64,000 bases of DNA from Calditrichaceae bacterium (lineage in GTDB: Bacteria > Calditrichota > Calditrichia > Calditrichales > JBFXGD01), in NCBI GenBank assembly GCA_050173015.1, contig JBFXLE010000003.1, positions 205,992 to 269,991 on the forward strand, written 5' to 3'. Below, piece by piece: positions 49,247 through 59,324 of the stretch; within the stretch, counting starts at the first letter, position 1, and every line of letters begins with the position of its first letter. Both the position numbers and the translations under genes were made by a program. The notes beneath the pieces were generated by a model. The model ran no database searches and had not been told where the DNA came from. It saw nothing but the letters and a program-made list of their open reading frames with translations.

Positions 49247-50755
49247 TTGAAAATGCTAGCTAAATACAACGATTTTATTACAAAACTATCGATAAATATT
49301 TATGGTAAGACAGGCGTCGTATTAACGACGTCTGCTTTTATTACTTTCATCATTCTTGAGATTGCCCGGTTGGCAGGCGCGCTGACAAACTCGTACATTG
49401 GCCTGATCACTTATCTCTCACTGCCGACCCTGTTTGTCATCGGACTGATTTTGATTCCCATCGGCTGGTATAAACAGAAGAAAGCAACCGGGAAACGCAC
49501 CCGCGAACTACTGAAGGAACGATTTGATTCAACGGATGTAAAAGAAAGCTTCTTCGGCTCGAAACTATTTTTGAGAATCGTTGTTCTGACTCTTGCCAAC
49601 GTCCTTTTCCTCGTTATCGCAAGCAGCCAGATGCTGCACTTTATGGATGAACCGAAATTCTGCGGAACAGCCTGTCACAGTGTGATGAATCCTGAATGGG
49701 TTACATATCAACAGTCACCACATGCCCGGGTTAAATGTGTGGAGTGTCATGTCGGTGAGGGTGTTGATGCTCTGGTGGCCAGTAAACTAAACGGCGCGTA
49801 TCAGATGATTTCCGTAACATTTGATTTACTTGAACGCCCCATTCCCACACCGGTGCATCAGCTGCGTCCGGCGCGCGAGACCTGCGAAAAATGCCACTGG
49901 CCGGAGAAATTTTACGGTAATAAGCTGAAGACAATCGTTCACTATGAAAGGAACGACATATCCACTCCGCTTTACACGACGCTTAATCTAAAAATCGATG
50001 ATGGTAAGGGCAATGAACGGGCCGGCATTCACTGGCACATCTCAGAAGAGAATGAAATACGATACGCGTCTGTTGACGATGAGCGCGAAGAAATGATCTG
50101 GGTGGAAGTGCGTCAGCCGGACGGCAGCTTTAAACGCTATACTAATCAGCGAATTAAGAATGAGGCGTCAACCGGCGCTTTAGATGATACCAGAATAATG
50201 GATTGCGTTGACTGTCATAACCGGGCCACCCATATTTATGAAGATCCTGAAAACGCTCTCGATGAGCGCATTTTTAGAGGCCAAATAGACCGGACTTTGC
50301 CATACATTAAGAGAGAGGGATTAAGCGCCCTGACAAAGGATTATCCGACAAAAGATGCCGGGATGGAAGCAATCGCCACCCATTTACGGGGCTACTATCA
50401 ATGGAACCATCCTCAGCTGGCCTCACAAAAAATGACTGCGATCGACTCTGCAATCGCCGTTCTTCAGAGTATTTACGACAGAAATATTCACCAGGGAATG
50501 AATATCACATGGGGAAGCTACCCTAATCATATCGGTCATCAGGACGGAGGCGGCTGTTTCCGGTGCCATAACTCAAACATGGTCGCCGATGACAAGACGA
50601 AGATATCACAGGATTGTACGACATGCCATTCCATCCTTGCGGACGGTGAAAATGAACCATTTAAGTATTTAAACCCGGTTGACGAAAAAGAACGAAATTC
50701 CCAGATGCATCAATACCTCCAGGAAGAGTTCATAAATTCCTTCCGGAACAATTAA
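49247..50755 (+). CDS. NapC/NirT-like membrane multiheme cytochrome c
   Basis: Three N-terminal TM helices; FCGTACHSVMNPE...SPHARVKCVECH; then CEKCH, CVDCH, CFRCH and CTTCH (five CxxCH plus one CxxxCH). The start may be ATG 49253. Confidence 0.85.
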   Translation: MKMLAKYNDFITKLSINIYGKTGVVLTTSAFITFIILEIARLAGALTNSYIGLITYLSLPTLFVIGLILIPIGWYKQKKATGKRTRELLKERFDSTDVKESFFGSKLFLRIVVLTLANVLFLVIASSQMLHFMDEPKFCGTACHSVMNPEWVTYQQSPHARVKCVECHVGEGVDALVASKLNGAYQMISVTFDLLERPIPTPVHQLRPARETCEKCHWPEKFYGNKLKTIVHYERNDISTPLYTTLNLKIDDGKGNERAGIHWHISEENEIRYASVDDEREEMIWVEVRQPDGSFKRYTNQRIKNEASTGALDDTRIMDCVDCHNRATHIYEDPENALDERIFRGQIDRTLPYIKREGLSALTKDYPTKDAGMEAIATHLRGYYQWNHPQLASQKMTAIDSAIAVLQSIYDRNIHQGMNITWGSYPNHIGHQDGGGCFRCHNSNMVADDKTKISQDCTTCHSILADGENEPFKYLNPVDEKERNSQMHQYLQEEFINSFRNN

Positions 50756-50766
50756 CATATTTCCAT

Positions 50767-50797
50767 AAAATGGCGCCGCCATGAAGGCGCCATTTTT
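50767..50797 (+). terminator. Rho-independent terminator
   Basis: AAAATGGCGCC, 8-nt loop, GGCGCCATTTTT, just after the stop. Confidence 0.75.
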
Positions 50798-51083
50798 AAT
50801 TTCTTCCGGACATAATCTGCATTGTTTCCTACCGGCAAAAGATACTCCATATGTATTCTTAAAATTCTTCGTAACCGGTCATATATTTTGTAAAAAATCC
50901 GCGCGCCGTAAACCGCTTCCGGACGGGCGTTGGTTAATATTTTGCAAAATTTTGTCGTTTTCCCGCAAACTTTTATTGCGAATCCGAGTTAAAGAATTGA
51001 AATACCAGAATAATTTCCATAAGGATTTTGTTAAAATATTTGTGTCATCTAATCAGTAACCCTTTATTCCAAAAGGAGGAATT

Positions 51084-51287
51084 ATGGCAAGAATTTTCCA
51101 GGAAACCAGATCCGATAAAAGGCGGCTGTTTCGCTCTTTATTGCGGAAGGGTCATGAGAAAAGTTCAAACCGTAGTGATATCTGGAACAATGTTCATCTA
51201 AAGTCCATTATCACCATTGGAAGAGGTGGTAAAGGCCATGGCATGACTCAGGGAATTCACTCCTGGAACCGGAAGGGACGATGGTAG
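51084..51287 (+). CDS. Small basic hypothetical protein (67 aa)
   Basis: Strong RBS AAAGGAGG before the ATG; intergenic position; followed by a terminator. Confidence 0.6.
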   Translation: MARIFQETRSDKRRLFRSLLRKGHEKSSNRSDIWNNVHLKSIITIGRGGKGHGMTQGIHSWNRKGRW

Positions 51288-51311
51288 ATTTGATTGTTTG
51301 ATTTTTTAATA

Positions 51312-51345
51312 AAAAAGCCTTCTGAAATAATTCAGAAGGCTTTTT
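51312..51345. terminator. Bidirectional terminator
   Basis: AAAAAGCCTTCTGAA-ATAA-TTCAGAAGGCTTTTT between convergent ORFs. Confidence 0.85.
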
Positions 51346-51364
51346 GTTGTTTTTAACGATTTCC

Positions 51365-53512
51365 TTATTTCATCAAGATCAGTTTTTTTGTTATCATTCT
51401 ATCCGACGTTTTCACTTTGTAAAAATATAAACCTGAAGCAAACCCTGAGGCATTCCATTTAACCTGATGAGTCCCAGCGGAAATTTCTTTATCAAGCAAG
51501 GTAGCCACCACTTTCCCGGTAATGTCATAAACGGTTATTTCTACGTGACCTCGCCCTGCCATACCGAACTCGATAGTGGTTTCCGGATTAAACGGGTTGG
51601 GATAGTTTTGTCCCACATAAAATGTTTCCGGAATTATTTGAGCGCCGGTTATTCCTGTGGCCAGTGTATACTCGAATTCGAAGTAAAAATTGCCCGGCTC
51701 CTGAGTAACATTCACAGAATGCTCTGAAGCTGAAACATCATATTGATCTCCGAAATATGGAGCATATATCTTCCACAAGCCGTCGCAAACTCTGAAATTA
51801 AATGTTGTGTCAGGGCTTGCATTAGCGCCGGTCGCATAAACATTGGGGTATTGTCCGTCCGTCTGAATATCGAACCAGTAATTTAATGCTTCCGCGGGAG
51901 CGTTGATAAGTTTCACCGTGATATTTGAATTTCTGTAATTCAATACAAAATTAAGATTTTCAACCGTATCGCTATTCACGCTCACATTTTCATATCTTGC
52001 CGGAAAACCCAGATAGTTCTCATTCCAATCTTCGAAACTTAAGGAGTATGTTCCGTCTGCTGTCCCCTGCCGGTAAGTATAATCCGGTGCAATAACGGTT
52101 TGATAGACCGGTGTCCATGAATTATCAAAAATACTGATACGGGCCGAATTAAAATCAAGATACTCAGTCGGATCTCCTTCATCAAAACTGACTGAACCGG
52201 CCAGGGCGTTCGTCGCTGAAATCAGATTAATTCGCACCGTGTCACCGGGACTGCCAGATTTTGAGGTCTCCCCTTCGATTATATATCCATCCGGCAGGGG
52301 TGTTCCCCAATCCGGATCCGTGTTAATCGAGATATAATAAGTATATCCGCTACGAACTTTTAAGTCGCCAAATCCCCCCGTTGTCGTGAAGCCGCGCATG
52401 GATCCAACAACTTCATTTGACGCCTGAATAAAAAATGTCTGATCGGGACTGCCGCCATCCTTTGTAATCTGCACATAAACCGATGTATCCGTAGGGACTA
52501 CATAGATATTTTTTTCCAGGCTGTCCCCTTTATTAACAGTAAATCTTAACCTGTCATCATTCCATGTATCGGGGATGAGATAATCAGGTATTAATCCGCC
52601 TTCACCCCATACATATAATTCAAAGGTTGCCGATGTTTGCCCCGGTCCGAAAATAGCGGGCACACTATACTCACCCTGAGAAATATAAAAATCAGCTTCA
52701 TAGCCTGTAGTCGTATTTCTCAAACCGCCACCATCATTGATAAACACCTGTTGATGCGTAAATTCGTCTAAAATCTTTCCATAAACGATCGCCTCCGGAA
52801 GTTGCAGGTTAAAATCTACATTATTTATAGCGATGTTATTCACCAGTACCAAATGTTCATCCGGTTGAATATAGTTTCCTGCCTGTCTCTCAAAAAAAAG
52901 TCTCACATACCAGTTTTCATTGAATCCTTCCGCAGGGATGTTTATTGTGTAATCCCCATTTTCATCCGTCAGTCCTGACCAGAACCCGAGATATCCATTT
53001 TCAATCTCGGCTCCAATCATAATATTCGCGAGCGCGTTGTCCGGAGCTGTTTTATCTTCTTTTGTCAGCGTTCCGGATATAACCGCTGCCGGTTCAGCCA
53101 GCGGATCAATATGGAAACTCGCCGTGGCGGAACTCTGATCATTTCTGTCTGTTACCTTCATGATATAATCTGTCGGAGCGAATCCAAAAGGACCGAATTC
53201 CGCGTAAACAAGTCCGTCATTCACCGCGCTCGAATCCCCCGGTCCGTCATTTCCCACCATCCCATCCTGCATCATAAACTGATCGAGCAGTAAATCACTC
53301 TCAGATAATAGCTGATTATGATCCAGATCAAGATAGAGATAAAAATCCGCTACACCCCCGGGGACGGAAACATCAAACTCCCAGGCATAAAGTTCTCCCT
53401 GAACCATGGTTTGAGACTCAACACCATTTACCCAGAATTTCAGATAAGTTGTCGCCTGAGTCAGACTAACAGCCAAAATCACGATCATCAGACCTTGTAA
53501 CAAACGTTTCAT
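51365..53512 (-). CDS. T9SS type-A CTD cargo protein with Ig/beta-sandwich repeats
   Basis: AGGAG RBS; signal peptide; TDENGDYTI-type repeats; C-terminal QNYPNPFNPETTI...VYDITGK.V..L...WNAS.FASGLYFY...KKLILMK. Confidence 0.85.
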   Translation of the reverse strand: MKRLLQGLMIVILAVSLTQATTYLKFWVNGVESQTMVQGELYAWEFDVSVPGGVADFYLYLDLDHNQLLSESDLLLDQFMMQDGMVGNDGPGDSSAVNDGLVYAEFGPFGFAPTDYIMKVTDRNDQSSATASFHIDPLAEPAAVISGTLTKEDKTAPDNALANIMIGAEIENGYLGFWSGLTDENGDYTINIPAEGFNENWYVRLFFERQAGNYIQPDEHLVLVNNIAINNVDFNLQLPEAIVYGKILDEFTHQQVFINDGGGLRNTTTGYEADFYISQGEYSVPAIFGPGQTSATFELYVWGEGGLIPDYLIPDTWNDDRLRFTVNKGDSLEKNIYVVPTDTSVYVQITKDGGSPDQTFFIQASNEVVGSMRGFTTTGGFGDLKVRSGYTYYISINTDPDWGTPLPDGYIIEGETSKSGSPGDTVRINLISATNALAGSVSFDEGDPTEYLDFNSARISIFDNSWTPVYQTVIAPDYTYRQGTADGTYSLSFEDWNENYLGFPARYENVSVNSDTVENLNFVLNYRNSNITVKLINAPAEALNYWFDIQTDGQYPNVYATGANASPDTTFNFRVCDGLWKIYAPYFGDQYDVSASEHSVNVTQEPGNFYFEFEYTLATGITGAQIIPETFYVGQNYPNPFNPETTIEFGMAGRGHVEITVYDITGKVVATLLDKEISAGTHQVKWNASGFASGLYFYKVKTSDRMITKKLILMK

Positions 53513-53848
53513 AGCTTTTCTCCTAATCAAAATAATTAAACAATAATTAAATTTGAAGGACCACTAAACAGATAGTCGGCCGCTACTCGCAATATATAAG
53601 TAAAAAATATAGTTGAACCGAAAACGCGATAACGTTTTCCCGAATATATCTTCAATCTATGATTTATTTATCAATTCCTTTTTGTAAAATTATTTCTTCA
53701 TTAAAGACTATAAAAAATGGGACGAATATGACAACTCAGATAAAATATTTCCGGATTGGAAGATCCGAATGAGCCATATATTAATTGCCCAGCAACACGC
53801 TAATGATCAGGAATAACCTTTTTGTGGATTTACAATAGAGATTAAAGA

Positions 53849-55204
53849 TTGATGCAAACCAAAATAGTTTTTATTTCGGACTACCTTGACCAGTTTCAAA
53901 AATTCACCCGGGATAACCACACCCCGGATGATAGTATTGAGCTGATGGGTCATGCCGAGGCGAACAGAAAGCATATCTTTCAGAATTATTATGATTTGTT
54001 CATTGTGGATCTTAAGGAACCCTGGCTTGCCATACCTTTATGGGTTCGTGAACAAGCTCAGCATCATTATTTTTTTCAGTTTATTTTTATATCGGATAAG
54101 GCCATAAGCTCCGATCTGAATATGCTGCTGGACTCGCTGATCTTTAAGGTTGTTTCCCGGCAGGATGCGATAGAAAAACTCCAGGAAATTTCAAAAGAAG
54201 CCGCCATCTACTCTTCTCAGCACCGTTTCACACATCTGAATGGCCGAAGTAATTTACCAAAGGGTCCGTCCGCGTTAATCGGGAATCATGATTCGATTAA
54301 AGGAATCACAAAATTTATTGATATTGTTAGTAAAGCGCCATTTGCCCCGTGTCTTATCCGCGGTGAACTGGGAGTTGGAAAAGTACTATGCGCCAGTCTT
54401 ATTCACCAGAAGGTGGGTCTTCCGACTGAATCATTTGTAATAAAAAACTGTGAAAACACCACAACGAATGAATTACTTGGAGATCTTTTTGGAGTGGAAG
54501 GCGATGTTGAAATCTACGGACCAAAGAGAACGGGACTGCTGGATAAAAACACCGGTAGTACTTTGGTGCTTAAGAATATTGAGCAGCTTCCGACCGATGT
54601 GCAAAATCAACTTTTGCTATATCTGGAAAACAGAATATTCAAACCGCTCGGCTCTGAGCGCGTCATTGAGGCCAGTACAAGGCTCATCGGAATCACCAAT
54701 CATAATCTGGAATGGTTTGTAAATCACCATAATTTTAACTCCGGTCTGTATTACCGTTTGAAAGCATTTGAGATTGTACTGCCGCCGCTGCGCGAACGGA
54801 AAGAAGACATCGCTCTTTTAAGCAGTTATTTCCTTCAATTCTATAACAACCACTTCGGTAAAGAAATCAAAACTATCTCCATTGGCGCGAAACAGATATT
54901 AATGGATTACAAATGGCCTGGCAATATAAAGGAATTAAAAAACATCATCGAACGGGCGGTAATCATTTGTGAAAGCGATCAGCTGACCTATAAATATCTG
55001 CCTGAAGATTTAAAAACAGAAGCAAACCACGAGCATGATGGTGATTATTTTAATAACTGCACTTTAAAAGAACTGGAAAGACTGCATATTGAACGTGTTC
55101 TGACAAAAACAGAAGGCAATAAATCCAAGGCCGCTGAAATTCTCGATATTTCCCGCACGACTCTCAGAGAAAAAATGCGTCATTATCAAATCGAAATCAG
55201 CTAA
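53849..55204 (+). CDS. NtrC/Fis-family enhancer-binding-protein-like regulator with degenerate AAA+ motifs
   Basis: Receiver-like N-terminus; GELGVGK, LYYRL, LPPLRERKEDI, WPGNIKEL; Fis HTH GNKSKAAEILDISRTTLREK; GAFTGA and the Walker B DE are absent. Confidence 0.85.
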   Translation: MMQTKIVFISDYLDQFQKFTRDNHTPDDSIELMGHAEANRKHIFQNYYDLFIVDLKEPWLAIPLWVREQAQHHYFFQFIFISDKAISSDLNMLLDSLIFKVVSRQDAIEKLQEISKEAAIYSSQHRFTHLNGRSNLPKGPSALIGNHDSIKGITKFIDIVSKAPFAPCLIRGELGVGKVLCASLIHQKVGLPTESFVIKNCENTTTNELLGDLFGVEGDVEIYGPKRTGLLDKNTGSTLVLKNIEQLPTDVQNQLLLYLENRIFKPLGSERVIEASTRLIGITNHNLEWFVNHHNFNSGLYYRLKAFEIVLPPLRERKEDIALLSSYFLQFYNNHFGKEIKTISIGAKQILMDYKWPGNIKELKNIIERAVIICESDQLTYKYLPEDLKTEANHEHDGDYFNNCTLKELERLHIERVLTKTEGNKSKAAEILDISRTTLREKMRHYQIEIS

Positions 55205-55421
55205 TCTGTCATTCTCCTTTCCTCAATCCTCTGACCTTTACAAACTGATGTTTACAGTTGCTAAGTATTAACCAAATGATTAAGTTAAGTGTGTTTTTGT
55301 GTCAGTAATTCAGGACGATAACCGTACCGGCGTGGTATTTTTAAAAAAAGAGATGAAAACGGCCGGAAATAAAGGGATTTTTTCCGCAAAATTCTAATCA
55401 CATTATAGATATAAGCGAACT

Positions 55422-56540
55422 ATGGGACCTACAAAAATATATATTGATCATAACAATCTGATTCATAATATTGGCATCACCAAAAAGATGGCTTCTCCGG
55501 CAAAAATTATGGCTGTTATTAAAGCCGACGCATACGGGCATGGAATGACCGAGGTCGCCAAAACACTTGTTGCCAACGGAGTGGAATATCTTGGTGTCGC
55601 CTTCCCCGAAGAAGGCGTTCAGTTACGACAAGCAGGAATTAAAAATCCCATTCTTGTGCTGGGAGCGCAGATCCCGGAGTATTTTGAACAAAATATACAA
55701 TATGATCTTGATACAACAATAACCGGTATGCATCAGCTTGAGCCATTGCGAAAGATATGCGTAAGATTGAATAAGAAAGCCCGTGTTCATATTAAAATAG
55801 ACACCGGTATGAACCGATTAGGTTTTTCGCATGAAAAATTTATGGATTTGGCCGATGAGTTTTTTAATCAGTCCTGGATGGAAATTACCGGTATTTACTC
55901 GCATTTTTCCAGTTCTGATGAAGATGACCTCCACTACTCACTGTTACAAATGGAACGGTTTAATAAGATAGTTGCCGCCATAAAAGATAAATCCGGTCTG
56001 CCAATTCTGTCTCACATGGCCAATTCCGGAGCTATAATGAGAATTCCAGAAGCAAAATATGATATGGTTCGACCGGGAATAATGCTCCACGGTAACGCGC
56101 CATCCAATGAATTTAAAATGAACGGTGACTTTAAAGAAGTTATGCGTTTTGTTTCTGCCGTATCAGCGATCAAAAAACTAGGACCCGGACAACCGGTCAG
56201 TTATAACCGGAGATATCATACCAAAGAAGAAACCAGGATCGCGGTTATTCCCGCAGGTTATGCGGATGGGTATAACCGGGGTTTATCAAATAAAGGAAGC
56301 GTACTGATTAAGGGAAGACGTTACCCGATAATTGGAAGTGTCTGCATGGATCAGTTTGTGGTCGAAATCGGTTTAAATAGCGATATTCAAATCGGGGAAG
56401 AAACGGTTCTGATCGGCTCCCAGGGCGGTGACAGGATAAGAGTCGAAGAAGTGGCGCGGCAGATTGGCACAATACCGTATGAAGTCACCTGCTCGCCTTC
56501 CAGACGCGTTCCGCGAATACATCTGTATAATTCAATGTGA
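55422..56540 (+). CDS. alr: Alanine racemase
   Basis: MAVIKADAYGHG, HIKIDTGMNRLG, HMANSG, MVRPGI, GYADG, VCMDQ, TIPYEV. Confidence 0.96.
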   Translation: MGPTKIYIDHNNLIHNIGITKKMASPAKIMAVIKADAYGHGMTEVAKTLVANGVEYLGVAFPEEGVQLRQAGIKNPILVLGAQIPEYFEQNIQYDLDTTITGMHQLEPLRKICVRLNKKARVHIKIDTGMNRLGFSHEKFMDLADEFFNQSWMEITGIYSHFSSSDEDDLHYSLLQMERFNKIVAAIKDKSGLPILSHMANSGAIMRIPEAKYDMVRPGIMLHGNAPSNEFKMNGDFKEVMRFVSAVSAIKKLGPGQPVSYNRRYHTKEETRIAVIPAGYADGYNRGLSNKGSVLIKGRRYPIIGSVCMDQFVVEIGLNSDIQIGEETVLIGSQGGDRIRVEEVARQIGTIPYEVTCSPSRRVPRIHLYNSM

Positions 56541-56547
56541 GGGTATT

Positions 56548-57387
56548 ATGAAATTCTTAGTTTACGGAATTTTAATTACCATTTTTAGCTTCTTCTCCGG
56601 CCAGGCTCAGGTTTTAAAGGTCAGTGTCCAGGTTGAAATGAGCCATTTACCAACCGATCAACAGGACGAATTGATTGATTTATCTTCAAAGATTGAACAA
56701 TACTTTAATAATTATCAGTGGACAGACGACGAATATGAAACAGATATTGAGTGTAATATTCAAATAATTATTGAGACTGTTCAGAAAAAAACATTCGAAA
56801 AAATTTACAAGTCGCAGTTCCTGATTTCCAGTGTTTCCGGTGAGAACTTTTACGATAAAACCTGGGAATTTCCGTATGAAGCAAGTTTCCCCTTATACCA
56901 CATCAAAGGACAGTTTGATCCGCTGACGCATTTTCTTGATTTTTACGCCTTTATGGTTCTTGCGGGTGAACTGGATACCTACGGTCTGTTAATCGGGACA
57001 CCACTTTATGATAAGGCGCTCGATATCGCCAATCAGGGAGTTCTTAGTCAATATCCGCGCGGCTGGAGCACCAGGATGGATGATCTTCAGAAAATAACCA
57101 ATATCCGAACCAGGCCGCTCCGCGAAGTGAAACCGGATTTTTTTGAAGCTCTTTACCTGATGGATCAGGGGGAGTATGATCAATCCTATGTTGCCGCGAA
57201 AAAGGTGCTTGACGGGATCAGCAAGGTATTTGATAAACAGCCCAATAACCGTTATCTGCGGATGTTTTTTGACGCCCATTTCAGGGAGCTGGCTCGATTA
57301 TTTATTGGGCACAACGATGATTTGAATATTCTCATTGATTTTGACAGCAAACACCGTGAAACTTACAGAGAATTTTTGACAGAATAA
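56548..57387 (+). CDS. DUF4835-family secreted protein
   Basis: Signal peptide ending GQA|Q; YFNNYQWTDD, I.C...I, DKTWEFPY, L...LDFYA...L..E.DTY...GTP.Y..A. Confidence 0.65.
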   Translation: MKFLVYGILITIFSFFSGQAQVLKVSVQVEMSHLPTDQQDELIDLSSKIEQYFNNYQWTDDEYETDIECNIQIIIETVQKKTFEKIYKSQFLISSVSGENFYDKTWEFPYEASFPLYHIKGQFDPLTHFLDFYAFMVLAGELDTYGLLIGTPLYDKALDIANQGVLSQYPRGWSTRMDDLQKITNIRTRPLREVKPDFFEALYLMDQGEYDQSYVAAKKVLDGISKVFDKQPNNRYLRMFFDAHFRELARLFIGHNDDLNILIDFDSKHRETYREFLTE

Positions 57388-57405
57388 AAATTTTGATATT
57401 AGCAA

Positions 57406-57442
57406 AAAAAAGGGAAAGCCTTAAAAAGACTTTCCCTTTTTT
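57406..57442. terminator. Bidirectional terminator between the DUF4835 gene and tyrS
   Basis: AAAAAAGGGAAAG...CTTTCCCTTTTTT. Confidence 0.8.
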
Positions 57443-57455
57443 ATAGCATTCAGCT

Positions 57456-58667
57456 TTATCGCATTAGTTTTACAAACTTCCTTTTACCCACTTTAAGTAT
57501 CTGCCCTTCCGTTACCGTGACCACATAAAACGGATCAGATATTTTTTCTCCGTCAAGCGAAACACCGCCGCCCGTGACTAATCGCTTCGCCTGGCCTTTT
57601 GATTCTGACGTTCCTGTCATGACCATCAGATCGTCAATACGGATTTCAGCCTCGTTGATAACCATCTCGGGAATCTCATCCGGCAAATCTTTTTTGACAA
57701 AGATGTTTTCGAACTCCTTTTCAGCCTGGATCGATTGTTCTTCTCCGTGATACATTCTGACAATCGTCCTGGCGAGATATTTTTTCACATCTCTTGGATT
57801 GGTTTCTGGATTTTCCAATTGTTTGCTAATCCTGACCAGTTCCCCGGAATCCACATCGCTTATCAACTCAAAATAACGAAAGATCATTTCATCGGGAATG
57901 GACATGGCCTTCCCGTAAATTTCTTTCCCCGGCTCATCAATCCCAATATAATTTCCGAGAGATTTGCTCATTCTCTGTTTTCCATCGAGACCTTCAAGTA
58001 CCGGCAAGGTAAGGACGATTTGCGGTTCCTGATCAAACTCTTTCTGGATCTGACGTCCGATAACCAAATTAAATTTCTGCTCGGTTGCACCCAGTTCCAC
58101 ATCAGATTTAATCATAACCGAATCGTATGCCTGCATTAACGGGTAAAAAAATTCATGGATGCTGATCGGAAGCTGCGAACCAAATCGTTTGGAAAAATCG
58201 TCCCGTTCCAGCATCCGCGCGACGGTGAACCTGGCCGCCAGTCCCATCACCTCGTCAAATTTCATCTTGCTGAACCATTCGCCGTTAAAGCGAATCTGCG
58301 TTTTTGATTCATCCAGAATCTTAAAAAACTGCTCCTGGTAGGTCCTGGCGTGCTCCATTACTTCCTCGTGGCTCAATCGGGGCCGGGTAGAATTTTTCTC
58401 GCTGGGGTCACCGACCATCGCCGTATAGTCGCCAATAATCACCACAACCTGATGACCCAATTCCTGAAAATGTTGTAATTTTCTGATCCCTACCGTATGA
58501 CCGAGATGTATATCCGGCGCCGTTGGATCGAAGCCTTGTTTGATAATCAGCGGTTTATTTTTTTTGACAGAGCGTTCCAGTTTTTTTACCAGTTCATCTT
58601 CCGGCAGAATTTCAACTGTTCCGCGCTTTATCAAATCCATTTGTTCATTAACTGTTGGAAAAGCCAT
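57456..58667 (-). CDS. tyrS: Tyrosine-tRNA ligase
   Basis: GFDPTAPDIHLGH, YPLMQAYDS, RMSKSLGN; C-terminal S4 domain (KVGKRKF). Confidence 0.96.
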   Translation of the reverse strand: MAFPTVNEQMDLIKRGTVEILPEDELVKKLERSVKKNKPLIIKQGFDPTAPDIHLGHTVGIRKLQHFQELGHQVVVIIGDYTAMVGDPSEKNSTRPRLSHEEVMEHARTYQEQFFKILDESKTQIRFNGEWFSKMKFDEVMGLAARFTVARMLERDDFSKRFGSQLPISIHEFFYPLMQAYDSVMIKSDVELGATEQKFNLVIGRQIQKEFDQEPQIVLTLPVLEGLDGKQRMSKSLGNYIGIDEPGKEIYGKAMSIPDEMIFRYFELISDVDSGELVRISKQLENPETNPRDVKKYLARTIVRMYHGEEQSIQAEKEFENIFVKKDLPDEIPEMVINEAEIRIDDLMVMTGTSESKGQAKRLVTGGGVSLDGEKISDPFYVVTVTEGQILKVGKRKFVKLMR

Positions 58668-58713
58668 TACATCTCCGTATTTATTAAATTCTTCTTATAT
58701 TCATTTCCGGTTT

Positions 58714-59175
58714 TTAGAACCGATTCTTATTATGACGGTCCATATCGCGTTTCATATCCCGCTCGGCAATCGCCGCCCTCTTGTCATATTTTCTTTTACC
58801 GCGGGCAAGCGCCAGCTCGAGTTTGACCAGGTGATTTTTGAAATACAATTTTAGCGGTATAAGGGTCACGCCTTTCTCATCCACCTGTCGCATCAGCTTC
58901 TTTAATTCCAGTTTATGGAGAAGCAGTTTTCTGTCCCTCAGCGGATCATGATTTTCCATTGCCGATTTTGTATAGGGGGAAATATGCAGGTTGATGACCC
59001 ATAATTCGCCATTTACGAATTTAGCGTATGAATCGGCCAGATTCGCTTTACCGTCGCGAAGAGATTTAACCTCGGTACCGGTCAGTACAATCCCTGTTTC
59101 TATGGAGCTCACGATTTCATAATCGTGACGCGCTTTTCTGTTTGTAGAGATTATATTACTTTTATCTTTTGACAT
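58714..59175 (-). CDS. smpB: SsrA-binding protein
   Basis: NRKARHDY, GIVLTGTEVKSLR, RKLLLHK.E, LARGKRKYDKR. Confidence 0.97.
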   Translation of the reverse strand: MSKDKSNIISTNRKARHDYEIVSSIETGIVLTGTEVKSLRDGKANLADSYAKFVNGELWVINLHISPYTKSAMENHDPLRDRKLLLHKLELKKLMRQVDEKGVTLIPLKLYFKNHLVKLELALARGKRKYDKRAAIAERDMKRDMDRHNKNRF

Positions 59176-59207
59176 TCAGCTCGCCGTTTTGTTTGTAAAA
59201 GGTGATA

Positions 59208-59236
59208 AGTTTAACCAAAAAAAGCGGATTGTTCAA
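59208..59236 (-). promoter_or_regulatory. sigma70-type promoter of smpB-tyrS
   Basis: Minus strand TTGAAC-17-TAAACT. Confidence 0.6.
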
Positions 59237-59247
59237 GAGAATTACAT

Positions 59248-59298
59248 AAGTAGGAAGTAAGAATAAAGAGCGTTAAGAGAAAAGAGTTAAGAGTTAAG
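59248..59298 (+). repeat. Purine-rich heptamer repeats
   Basis: AAGTAGGAAGTAAGAA...GAGTTAAGAGTTAAG; further GTACGAA GTAGGAA GTAGGAA at about 59444-59464. Confidence 0.6.
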
Positions 59299-59324
59299 CG
59301 TGGGGGCGTGCCAATTTAAGCGCC

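Noticed and set aside
50781-51059. 92-aa plus-strand ORF
   Set aside because: The ATG lies in the loop of the terminator hairpin, there is no RBS, and the composition is intergenic-like.
57950-57985. tyrS RMSKS instead of KMSKS as a sign of inactivation
   Set aside because: Conservative change at the first position; the second, catalytic Lys and the HLGH motif are intact.
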